Assembly (NCBI RefSeq): GCF_009914755.1
Contig: NC_060940.1
Length of the DNA: 64,000 nucleotides
Origin: the human T2T-CHM13v2.0 reference genome, Homo sapiens
Direction: 5' to 3' (one strand)
The first letter of the stretch is position 1, and every line of letters begins with the position of its first letter. The position numbers were made by a program, and so were the translations under genes. The notes under the pieces were generated by a model. It did not search any database and was not told the origin of the DNA. It saw only the letters and a program-made list of their open reading frames with translations. Below are positions 1 through 20,815 of the stretch, in pieces.

Positions 1-5
1 CTCAC

Positions 6-80
6 CACTGTCCAGGGCTGCTGGGAGAGCTGCAACGCTGATCACAAATCCATGGGAGATGATTAGAGGTTCCTCAGCAC
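6..80 (-). other. CHST6: CHST6 non-coding exon 2 (75 nt, 5'UTR); the CHST6 coding exon lies left of the window
   Basis: Minus strand reads cag|GTGCTGAGGAACC...CTGGACAGTG|gtgag. Paralogous to the CHST5 exon at 49830-49894; matches the recalled CHST6 5'UTR. Confidence 0.85.
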
Positions 81-458
81 CTGGTAAAGCAGGAGGGCGA
101 TGGAGTCACACTCTACAGGGGAAGATAGCCCCAAAAGCGACACAACTTCTCTGAGGCTCGATTTCCACTTCTGTAGGATGGGATGTGCAACATTTAACCT
201 CTTAGGGCTATTGTGAGATGCTGCTGCAAACACCTATGAAGAGGGGGCCTGGGAAAGCATTCCTTACACACATGCCCCCATTACTGTTACTGTCCCTGTG
301 CTGAGCTACTGTTTGGAGAGGAGGAACCCCTCCCCCTGGGGAGTCTCCCCCCAGAGGAGACACCCACAGGCCACCTACTCTTCCAATCCCAGTATCTCAC
401 AGGCCACCCTCTGGCCTCCAACCACCAGCCCTTTCGTGGACCTTAAGAATGTCACATA

Positions 459-750
<292 letters not shown>

Positions 751-1933
751 AATGTCACACATGTCTCACAGGGTGGAAGGAACACTGAGCCAGCTTCCCG
801 CATTCCAAGGTCCCAAAGTGTTCTTCTCTTTGCACCTGTTGCATCTGCAATGATCTCAAGGCTGGGTGACTTTGGAAGGGAGGAGCCTGGAAGTTTTCTC
901 CTTGCTCCTGCATCCTTTGCTCCCTGCCTTCCCCCTTCCCCTGTCCACACTGCCCACTGAGAGAAGCCAGGGTCTAACTTGTGAGCAGATCTCCTCTCTG
1001 CCCATTTCCCTCATCAGGAGGCAACAGGGGTGAGTGGAGGATGCCCAGCAGCTCTGTCACCAGCCGACTCCAGATCCCACAGCCACTCTGGGAAAACCTG
1101 GAAGACAGGGAGAGTAGCCACTCATCTGCTCTGCACATGATCAACGCTCCTCCAGTGCCAGTGGGCTGACGATGGTTGGCTTCCTGCCAATGGGGCGCCG
1201 AAAGAGAAGGGAACTCATTTTCTGACTTCAATGATCACAAGTGCTAGGTGCTTCAAGTCCACGCGATGACTTAACTCAACGGGCCCTGAGGTGGGCACGA
1301 TGATGTCAATTTTTCAGGTGAAAGACTCAAGGCTTGGAGAGACAGCGAGAAAGCTGGGACCCCAGGACTCCTGTTCCTAAGCTTCTGGCACTTCTGATCC
1401 CAGGCTGTGGGCTTCTCCCACCTGTGATTGCTCCCTGCAGAGTGCAGGACCCTGCTGCTCTGGCCCAAACACAGTTGTCCTGGCCAGCTCAGCCCTTCCC
1501 TGGGTAGGGAGGATCTTGATCCCAAGCCAAGGTATTTGTTACCTGTGTTCCAGGGAAGCCAGAGGTCTTCTTAAGTGACTCACACACTACAGGAACTGCT
1601 ATGAGATCCTATTACTGAAACTCAAGAACTAGGAAGGTGGTTGAATCATCCTACGCCACAGAGTCTCCAGAAGACCAGTTCCTAGCTGAGAGCATTCTGA
1701 TAGGAGCCTTACGTTCAGCACAGTAGACATTTGGGCCAAGGTTTTGACATTAGGAAGAACAAGTCAGGCAGGCCCTGTGATAGGTACTTCTGTCTTCATG
1801 ATTAAATGCTATCATCCCAAGTCCCTGGGAGGCAGAAATGACCATACCTCTCTGTTTTAATTGAAGCAGTGGGGCTCAGAGACATGAATATCCAGTAAGA
1901 AGGAGGAAGGGCAGGGGCTTAAATCCAAGAGCC

Positions 1934-3097
<1,164 letters not shown>

Positions 3098-5574
3098 TCA
3101 TATGTGAAGACAGGAAAAGAGGCCACACCCCCTGGGCAGACACAGCCCCACACCAGAGCACAAGGCCAGTCAGGCAGAAGAAAGTGACGTTTCCTATCTC
3201 TCATGCCCTCTCCAGCCTTCCAACCTCAGAGGCAATTCTGCTTTAAATTTCCAACAAGTAATTAATGGTGATGATGGTGATGATGATGATGAAAATGATC
3301 ATATTTTTTCAGGAGGAGGGTGGAACTAAAAAGTACAAGAGGCCATAAAGGGAATAGAAAGTTCTGTTTCTTGTTTTGGTACCCAGGAGGAGCACCCTAA
3401 GCAGTGGTCCTTCTTAAGTCACAGAAACTTTTTTTGACATTAACTCTTTTTAAAATTTATTTTTGTCAAAACACTACACATAGCTTGAGAAAGGATAAAA
3501 TATGCCTGGAGGCCAGGCACGGTGGCTCGTGCCTGTAATCCTAGCACTTTGGGAGGCCAAGGTGGGAGGATCTCTTGAGCCCAGGAGTTCAAGGTTGCAG
3601 TGAGTTATATCATTCTACTGCTCACCAGCTTGGGCAACAGAGTGTGACCCTCTTTCTTAAAAAAAATCAAAAACCTAAAACCACAGCAAAACACTCCAGC
3701 TCACAGCTGAAGCTCACAGCTCACAGCTGAAGTACTGAGAGTACATTTCCTTTCTTGTTTTTTCTTGTTTCCCTTAGTTTTCCTTGGGGCTAATTGCATT
3801 AGATATTAGAAACGTTGAAAGAAAAATTTAAAAGATGTGAAAAGTAGAACAAAAAACATAAATGACAGATAAAGGTTGGAAAATAGAGAAGAGATAAGAT
3901 CAGCAAAAGATTCATCCAGGAAAGCCAGTGCTCAGGATCCCGATCCTGGCAGAGCTGACAATCAAGTTGGGGACACTGAAGACACATCTGGCTATGTGAC
4001 GGTCAAGGGACCTGATGGTGTCCCAGTGGATGGCCTGGACATCCAGCCGCGGGAGGGTCATGCTGGTCCTGGCTGCATCCTTATCTCCTGGATTCCAGCA
4101 AAGTCCCCACCTGGCCTCCCTTCAGTCCATCTTGTACAGTTGCCCCCAGAGGTGCCTACACCACACATCTGATCCTGTCATTCTCCTTTTCAGTAACCTT
4201 CAGCTTTCCAACCTTATCTCCCATATCCCAGGCTTCAGATGGCCGGGAATAATCAGTGTTCATCAAACAAGCTCCATCTCTCCCAACTCCCTCACCCATG
4301 CTATGAGTGCGCAGCCCTGACTCCCACTGGGAGGCATTTCAGCCTCGCCTGCAGCCACCTCCTCTGTGCCTGTCAAGGCATGCCCCACTCTGCCCTGCAT
4401 TGTACTTTGCTTTCCCTTCTTGCCTGTGAGCAACCCGGAACTTTGGATTGTGGTTTTTCGCAAGCGAACACCTGTTCTCCGGTGACTAGTGTGAGGATCA
4501 GCACTGCACAGGTGCACTGGACATGCTTGGTTCTGTCCACTCAGTACCCGTTTTTCCTTCTGATAACAGTCTCTAGGCTTTTCCCTGGGGAATCACCCTC
4601 ACCCACTCAAAAGTGCATGTGGCTCAGATGGGGCTGATCCACCACTCCCGGCTCCTAAGGGTCATGTGTCCCAAGACAGACCCACCTCTATATTCCACAC
4701 ACTGACCCTGCCCCCCCAGCCCACACAGAACTATTGGCCTAGGAATGGGACATCTGCTCAACTGCAATTCTGGAGTTTTGTTGATCACAAGGGAAGAGGA
4801 AACTGCCTAGGTTTAAAATCAACAACAGAAGAGAACTCAGCAGAGAAAGTTCACAGGCAAGCTGACAGCACCATCTAAGCATTTGGATCCAGTTGTGCAA
4901 GGCTTACCCATGGACCCCTCAGCTGAGGGAAGCATTCACTTTCTGCTTAAGTCCTTGGGAGATGAGTTTCTGTCACTTACACCCAAGAGTGGTGATTAGA
5001 TAGTGACAGTGAAACCCTTGGTGGGGTGAGGTGGGAAGGGTGCAGGGGCAGAGCTTCTGGGGGCTGGCCCTGCGTTGTTTCTCTCTGACAGTGCTAATTA
5101 CATGGGTGTGTTCAGTTTGTGAAAGTTCACCAAGCTGTACTTTCATTATATGTACTCTGAAGAATGGCATACTTCAATAAAAAGTAAAGAATCCTGACTG
5201 AAGAAGATAGTAAGAGTCATGTCAAGGAATGTCCCAAACAACAAATGAGTAGAGGACATGAACAAATACTTGCCATTGCACTCAGATACTCTGTGGTCCA
5301 CATCCAGAGGGAGGAATTCCCCAATAGCCCACATGGCTTTCTGCCGAGCACCTTAAAGTCACAGGATCTTCTAAACATCCCTTACCATTTCTTGGCCTGG
5401 CCTGAGAGACCTAGGAAGGAGCTATGGTTCTGCCTGATTTGCAAATAGGAAAAGCAAGACATTGACCAAGGATGGTTTTCCATAGCAGGGTTGAGCTGGA
5501 GCCCAGGAGTCCTGGCTCTCTGGGCAGCACTCACTTCCAGCCAAGCTCTGCCTACCCTCGACACAGCAGCTCCA

Positions 5575-7659
<2,085 letters not shown>

Positions 7660-7844
7660 TCAGAGTTGGAAGTCTAGCAGTGTAACCTTGGAGCTCTTCG
7701 CTACATAGTGTCAAGTGGAAAACAGAAGTAACAAAGCTGACATACATATATACATTTCTCCCATCTGTGTGTGTTCTTAGATGTGCATGTATTTTTCACA
7801 CAGTTGGCTGGGTGTTAAAAATACACGAATATCAAAGAACACTC

Positions 7845-9490
<1,646 letters not shown>

Positions 9491-9561
9491 AAAAAATACA
9501 AAGTATGGGAGATGCACACTGAAGTTTGGTGTTTATTTTTCTATGGCCAGTTTACAGGTAA

Positions 9562-12341
<2,780 letters not shown>

Positions 12342-12899
12342 TAGAAGCTTGGCTTCTGAAGCCGGATTGGGTTCAAATCCTGTCTCTACTACCAGTGAGG
12401 GGTGTGACTTAGAGCAAGTCACTCTCTGGCTCTCTATACTCCAGTTGACTCTGTTTGTAGAACAAAGCCAGAAAAGTTCCGGCCTCTCAGGCTGGAGAGG
12501 AGCCCAGCCCCAGCTCCCGGAGCAGCATAGCACCCTCAGAGGCCCTGGTACTTGGCCTACTCGCTTGTGGGTTTAAGTCAGCCAACTCCTTTCTGCTCTT
12601 CAGGCCTCAGTTTTCCCATCCTCAAAAATGGGAAACTTGACTGCCTTGCCTCTGTGAAAAAGGGAGGAGAAAGGAAAGTCAACATTTGCTAGGCACCTGT
12701 CCTGAGGCCCAGAGGGCCTGTCCTGAAGCCCAAGATGAAGCCGTCAGAAGCAGTGACGCAGGACTCCAATTCCCCTGGGTCTGGTTCCAAATCAACCCGC
12801 CAAGCTACCGTCTCTCAATAATTCTATGGAAAAAGCCCTTGGAGAGCTTTTGAAAGTCATGTCCTTTGAAACTCAAGTATCGAGACAAAAGGGGTTCTC

Positions 12900-14150
12900 C
12901 CCTCGCAGTGAGGATTCTCCTGCGCAGCCGAAGCCCCAGCAAGACACTTCCAAACCGGCGCCAACAGCGGCGATGCCCTTTCCACGTTGCTGATGGAAAA
13001 GCCACTCCCAGCTCTTCCCGCCACCCCAGGTCCCCGGTGCAGGACAGAGGAGCGTCCCCAGCTGTGCCACCAGCCCGGCCCCCAGCCGACCCGAGTGTGG
13101 GGACATCCCCCGCGGAGAATGAAGAACCAACGTACCCCAAAGCTTGGCGGCTCTGCCCGAGCTGCAGCGGCACGGTGGGGGACGCCTCTCTCCCTGGACT
13201 CAGCAAAGGCTCCCAAACGTCGTCTCTTCCAAATTCCACCGCACAGCCAGCTCTTTCTCTTCACTGGGAGGGTCCGCAGGGGCTGACTTGCTCCTTAAGG
13301 TCCCAAGACTATTAAGCGACACCCGGTGAGGCCGGGAAAGGGGCTCTAAGAGGCATGGACGAGAGTTGGCGGTGACCAAGCCACTGGAAGCTCCTGGAGA
13401 CTCGAGGTAGAACGAATGTGGGAACAGGGCAGGAGTCCCAGAATGGGATGTTGAGGCTGGGGGTGTCCTGGGGCTACCACAGGGAAGGACCCGGCGCAGA
13501 GCTCCCTCTGGAACCCGGCACTGCGGCCCGCGCCCTCTACTCCCCGCGCGCCGGCCGGCAACCCTCGGCGCTGCCCGGTGCAGCCCGCCCGAGCGCACAC
13601 AATGAGGCGCTTTCAGACGTGGCTGCGGTCCCGAGGTGGCCAGCGGGAGCTAGCGCCGTGGGGGAAGGAAGGAGCCGGTTGGCCCACCCCCGACCGAGGG
13701 GCCACGCCTCGGGGGAGGGGCGCCGGCCGAGGGCGGGGCAGGAGGGCCCAGGTGGGCTGGGGCTCTGAGAGGCTCAACTTTTAGCCCAGAATGTCAAAGG
13801 GCGCTGGCAGAGTCACCTCTCATCTGACTACAGAGGAACGTTGTACCCCACCCCACCCCAAATCCCCAGAGAAGGGGGGCTCCTGGGAGGACAAAGGCCC
13901 TAGTGAAGGAAGTCGAATCTTAATCTTGACCCTCCTCACTCTCGGGGGCATCCTTGCGGCGAGGTGACTTGGAATCCAAACCCTTCCCAAGGCCACGGCA
14001 CCTGGATGACACATGGACCCGGTGCAGTGTCCCAACTGGGAAGAGCGGAGAGACCAGGTGGCCTTAGGAGCTGGGTCCGCAGCTTTTCCCCTCCTCCTGC
14101 GCATTCCCTGCCCTAGCCTAGGCCCAGAGGCGCAGGTTCATAGCAGGTCC
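12900..14150. promoter_or_regulatory. CHST6: CpG island / CHST6 promoter, with GC box GGGCGGGG at 13731
   Basis: High GC and CpG density over exon 1; paralogous to 53100-54430. Confidence 0.8.
13136..13630 (-). other. CHST6: CHST6 exon 1 (5'UTR); donor exact, 5' end approximate
   Basis: Donor GCCAAGCTTTGGG|GTACGT at 13136/13135. Joining to exon 2 gives ...GCTTTGGGGTGCTGAGG..., as recalled for CHST6 mRNA. Lies in a CpG island. Confidence 0.75.
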
Positions 14151-14196
14151 AGATAAAGACATGATACGTTTCAATAAATAAGATATTTCCGGCCAG

Positions 14197-15381
<1,185 letters not shown>

Positions 15382-16327
15382 CTGTTCATGATTTTTAAAA
15401 AGTTAGAAATAGTGTATGGGATAGAAAGATGTGTGCCAGAAGGCCAACCATAACTCTGGGTAGGGGATTGGCCGGCAATCATTATTTTCCTTAGGATCAT
15501 GTAATTTACATTTCCTTAATCAGTATTTAGAAGTTATCTGGCCAGAAAGCTCCAAAACCTCTTTACAAAGCATGAATAAGGAGAGGGGGCAAGGATGTGG
15601 AGGATAAGGTAAGAGGGACGCAAAGAGAGAGAATTGCTTTAATAAGCTTCAAGATGGGCACTCAGTGGGGCATTAGACACCTCACCTGCTTTGGCAGAAA
15701 CTGGACTAATCATTTGGAAGAATTAGAGATTTCTCTCCCACAAAACAAATTCAATAATTATCTCAAATATGACTTATCTATGGCTTCAGCTCAGTTGATA
15801 AAATCCTGTGTATTTCTTACCTTTCTTCCTCCTGCAACTATGCTGTGTGGTTCAGTTTCAGAAACTACCAATAAATGATCCGTAAATAATTTGATATTCA
15901 CCAGACACAGTTGTAATTTTCCAACCCGCAGCTCCCATATGCCATGTGGATTCCACTAAAAACTAATATACTTGGGGTTGGACCAGGAAACTTTTGCCAA
16001 AGAGCTAACAAAAGCTCCAAGGTCTTTGGGCAGAGCCGTGGCAAAGCAAGGCTACTGGTGAGTAACTCGGAGAAGTGTGCTCAACTTCAGCCCTCCCTAT
16101 TCTTCCTCCCTCCAAAGCCTTGCTTCAAAAATAGCTAATACAACCTTCCATGTTGAACATTTTAATTAGAAAGCTACAGAACATAATGGATTCTTTATAC
16201 AAGTTTTGCATTCAAATAATTTAATAAAATGCAAACCAAAGTTTATACGTATCTTTAGCCATCTTCCCATGTTTCATTAAATTCTGGGGATTTAAACCAC
16301 AAGCAATTTTTCATTTCAGTCTCAAGA

Positions 16328-16460
16328 GACGGGGCACACTGGCCCATGCCTATATTCCTGGCACTTTGGGGGGCTGAGACAGGAGGATTTCCTGAGGTTG
16401 GGAGTTCAAGACCAGCCTGGGCAACATAGTGAAAACCCCATCTATAAAAATAAATAAATC
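16328..16460 (+). mobile_element. FLAM-like Alu monomer, specific to copy A
   Basis: TSD TCTCAAGA; empty site at about 56732. Confidence 0.75.
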
Positions 16461-17982
16461 TCAAGAAAAAAATTTAGGCATCTAAAATAGCCAGAATATT
16501 AAAAAAAGACAAGGGGGACAGTGTTAGAGAATTCCTCTGCTTGAATACTTCAAAATAGCTTTGTTTCCAAAACTGTTTTTAGTCAGCCTAAAGGAAACGG
16601 ATGCTGGAGATGAAAAATGATCTCCAAGGTAAACTGAGGCACACACTGAGGGGTGTGTTTCTGGGTGGGCATGAAGCATGGATCACCGGAGCCATGTCCT
16701 TCCAGGGGCAACGACCTGCTTGGGATCAGGAAGCAGCTCCATGTGTTCTTGGAGGAGACTGCACGCATCCTCAGGAGGTGAATCGGCTGAACAAGCCATC
16801 TTCCGTGTGCAGAGGCCCCTTCCAGCCATCTCTGCTCCTGCAGACACTTGCTTAGCCACGAGGATAATCCACTGGACTGCTTGGTATTCTGCTAGTGGCC
16901 AGGCTGGACTGGCCTGCCCAGGCCAGCATCCTCTTTACACCCTCACTGCTTCTTGTGTCCTTCCCAAAGCTGCCCGCCCCACTCTGATGGGCACCCTTTT
17001 CCTTAGTCAAGGGAAACGCCAGCCGCTGGGCTTCCCGCTAGCCTTCCAAATAAACTTGTGGTTGTCAGGCAGCGGGAGCCAATCCCAACACCAACCCCTG
17101 TCGCCCCTGTCCTTTGCAGGAAGGGGGAGGGCTGTCAAGGAGGAGGAGGGCCAAGTGCCCAGGCTGTTGGGTGAGGGCCAGAAAGAACCTGTTGTGACAA
17201 TGCTTTCTTCCCCCAGTGCTGCTGAGGGGGCTGAGAATGAAACAGCCCCTCTGACTTCAGCCTGCCATCCAGGGGCACAGACAGAGGGAAAAACCGGGCA
17301 AAGAGCCAGCCACAGTCGGGCAGGGATCCAGGGCTGCTCAGCTGAGCTGATGACAGATGACTGACTGTTGGGCTGGGGCAGGTGGACGGTCCAAGTGTCC
17401 TTCAGCGGCCCTCCCTGATTGCCTGTGCTAATGCGGCCCTTGCCCTTGGGCCCTGCCCCTCCAGGTCTCCAGTTAAAGGCCTCAGCTCTGGAAATCAAAG
17501 CTGTGAATGGGAAATGGAGAAGCCCAGGGGTGCAAAGTGCTAGTGATTGGCATGTTTGTCACAAGAGAGCCCTGAAAAGAGTAAGAGTGGCTCACAACAG
17601 AAGGAAGAAATGCACAGTGTGTTCCTCAGTTCAACAGAGGAAAAGTCTCTGCTTGACCAGAGATGGGACTCTTTCCAAGATGTCTGAACTGACTGCAATT
17701 TTCTCCTGAAATTCAACGCTAAGGCAAAGAAGAAAAACCCAAAAAGCTAATTATAGCCTCCAGGAACTCTCAGACCTTTCCACAAACTAGTCCCTGACAA
17801 TTCTGCAGGAGCTCTGAAGATACGGAACTGTGTAGAGCAAAACTGGAAAGAACCGTTGTCTCTGAGGGAAAAGCACACAAGCCCGCAGGTGTCCGCTGGG
17901 CTCTTTCAAAAGGTCCTAAGACGTTCCCAGAAGATGACAATGAGGCAGCCATGGTCCTGCTGAGTCTTCAGAAACGGCCTTT

Positions 17983-18163
17983 CTAGGATAAGTGCTCCTT
18001 ACACACTTCTCCCTGGGGCATCACTGTCACAGGGATGGTGGTCACCACCTGATTCTGAAACACGAAGATCTTGATTCTTTCAAACACCCAGAGGAAGATA
18101 AGCAGGATGCTGACATACTGCACCCAGGCGAACTTTACCATCGCCCAGAATCCTGGCTGATAA
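17983..18163 (-). pseudogene. TMEM231P1: TMEM231P1 exon 7 coding part
   Basis: [13 protein letters not shown]...[12 protein letters not shown] versus gene [13 protein letters not shown]...[12 protein letters not shown]. Confidence 0.92.
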
Positions 18164-18518
18164 GGACAGACAGTTAAAGAGTTGGGGACCACATGGTATA
18201 AGTCAAAGTAAACTAAGGTTTAGGCCAGACAGGATATGGCAAGAATATTTCAAATACTCTTAAGATGAAAGGAATAATAAAAGATTATTAAAAAATAAAT
18301 ATGGATGATTCTGACTTAGAAGAATGGCTCAGAAAGAAATACGAACAGGAAATGATCTTCCCCCCTGTATAAAGAGCAGACATAGTCATTTATGTGGAGA
18401 TACAGTGCTGTAGCAATTTCCAATCAAAGGCTCCCACATGTGTTTCTGCTGGGGACAACTTTGGAATCTTTCCTTTTTGGAAGTTGAGTTACCACTGCCT
18501 CTGTAACAGAAAGGATAT

Positions 18519-18623
18519 GATATGGTTTCCACAGGGTACTGGATGACAACATTAATCACAAATGGAGTTTCATGGCTCTGCCTACCAGCCAGATGAAGTT
18601 GGGGTCATTCAGGATGGTGGCAA
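18519..18623 (-). pseudogene. TMEM231P1: TMEM231P1 exon 6 (105 nt versus 106), frameshifted to ...GRAMKLHL*
   Basis: VATILNDPNFIWLVGRA aligns to [17 protein letters not shown], then a net 1-nt loss and TGA; ATATCCTTT donor retained. Confidence 0.9.
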
Positions 18624-18655
18624 CTGCAATACAATCATTAACCATTAATCCATGA

Positions 18656-19062
<407 letters not shown>

Positions 19063-19126
19063 TAAAAATTGCATGTACAAAGTAGATTAACAAATAATTT
19101 GTTAAGATACTTGTCAAAAAAGCATT

Positions 19127-19463
19127 TGATATGGTTTGGCTCTATGACCCAAATCTCACCTTGAATTGTAACAATCCCCACGGATCAAGGGCAGGACCAG
19201 GTGGAGATAATTGAATCATGGGGGCAGTTTCCCCATGCCATTCTCATGATAGTGAGTTCTCACCAGATCTGATGGTTTTATCAGATCTGCTTACTTAGCT
19301 CTGCTCTCATTCTCTCTTCTGCCGCCCTGTGAAGAGGTGCCTTCTGCCATGATTGTGAGGCCTACCCAGCCATGCAGAACTCTAAGTCAGTTAAACCTCT
19401 TTTCTTTATAAATTACCCAGTCTCAGGTATGTCTTTACAGCTGTGTGAGAAAGGACTAATACG
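19127..19463 (+). mobile_element. MaLR solo LTR (THE1/MST family), specific to the pseudogene
   Basis: TGATATGGTTTGGCTCT...GGACTAATAC; absent at about 59900. Confidence 0.85.
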
Positions 19464-20733
19464 ATATTTATATTAAAATACGTCAAAAACTTGGAAATGG
19501 TCATGTGATCATCTACAATTGCTGAATGGCTAACTGAAAGAATAACATGTTGCCACTCTAAATAATATGTTTGTCTGGACAAAGTCGCGCATTCTTGTAA
19601 TCCCAAGGATCTGGGAGGCCAAGGTGGGAGGGTCACTTGAGGCCAGGAGTTTGAGAGCAGCTTGGCTAACATATTGAGACCCTCTCTCTACTAAAAAATA
19701 AAAAAAAATTAGCTGGGCATGGTGGCACGTGCCTGTAGTCCTAGCGGCCCAGGAGGCTGAGGTGAGAGGATCACGGAGCCCACAGGAGTTCAAGGTTACA
19801 ATCAGCTATGATTACAGCACTGCACTCCAGCCTGATCATCAGAGCAAGACCCTGTGTCTCTTCAAGAAAAAAAAAAATTAGAACTTTGTAGCAGTGTGGG
19901 GAAATACTTTTATTACATGGAAATACAAATAATTTGGATGCCAAAGTGTTTCAACACTATCATAATAGGTATATTTTTAAAATCCACATAAGAATAAAGA
20001 GTGAAAAAAGTAAAGAAAAAACATCGATTTCTTGGGCCGTGCTTTTTAGTTTTGTTTTAGAATTCCCTTTACTATTATAAAAATGCTGCTAATGTATGAC
20101 ATAAAATCAGAAAGCAATACTGGATTTGCAGTCGTTCCCCCTTGTGAAATGTTTGTGTATAGTCTCCATGATGTCTGGTTGCCAAGTAACACTCTAGATG
20201 CCTTCACAGACATCCTCAGCCACGGACCAGCCAAACATGCCGAGTGAACACATGCCATGGCCTAGAGCTCTGTAAGGAATGAGCACACTGTGCCTTCTGG
20301 CAGGAAACAGGGGCACTCCTGTTCTCCTGCTGGACTGCTAATGTGGGGAGAGTCACCCACGTTCTCTGTTTTTCTCTGAAAAGCATGAACAGCAATTTGT
20401 CTTTGGCATCTGTTATAGGTGTGCTATGGGGAACAACTCAATTAGGCTTATATTTTTTAAAAGAGAAACCCACCAAGCCAGTGGTGGGATAATGATGGCA
20501 TTTAACCATCACTAGCCTGCTGGACCACGGGATGCTGGAGGGGTGCGGGTGGTCCCGGGTCTGAAGATCAGGACGAAAAAGACAAATCCTGGGCAGCACA
20601 TTTGCTCCCATCGTTGAGCATTCACGGGTTTTGACATTTTCATCACAAGGGTTCCAGTTCTGCTTGTCTCTGTTGCCCCCACTAACCTTGAAAGTCCTGA
20701 GCAGCGGCTGAATGGGCTCTACCTGTGACCCAC

Positions 20734-20815
20734 CGTTCCTCTCCTGGTAGGCAGCAACAATATGGGTGAGGTCGTAGTCATAGGCAAAGGGGCTGGTCCC
20801 GTTGGTCACAGATAC
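20734..20815 (-). pseudogene. TMEM231P1: TMEM231P1 exon 5 (82 nt), acceptor AG>AA, donor GTGAGT>GTGGGT
   Basis: Direct comparison with 60850-60931. Confidence 0.92.

Noticed and set aside
16678-17364. 228-aa ORF antisense to the TMEM231P1 3'UTR
   Set aside because: The paralog at 56945-57613 is broken by a stop and diverges in frame at the 3' end; no recognisable domain; similarity is explained by conversion.
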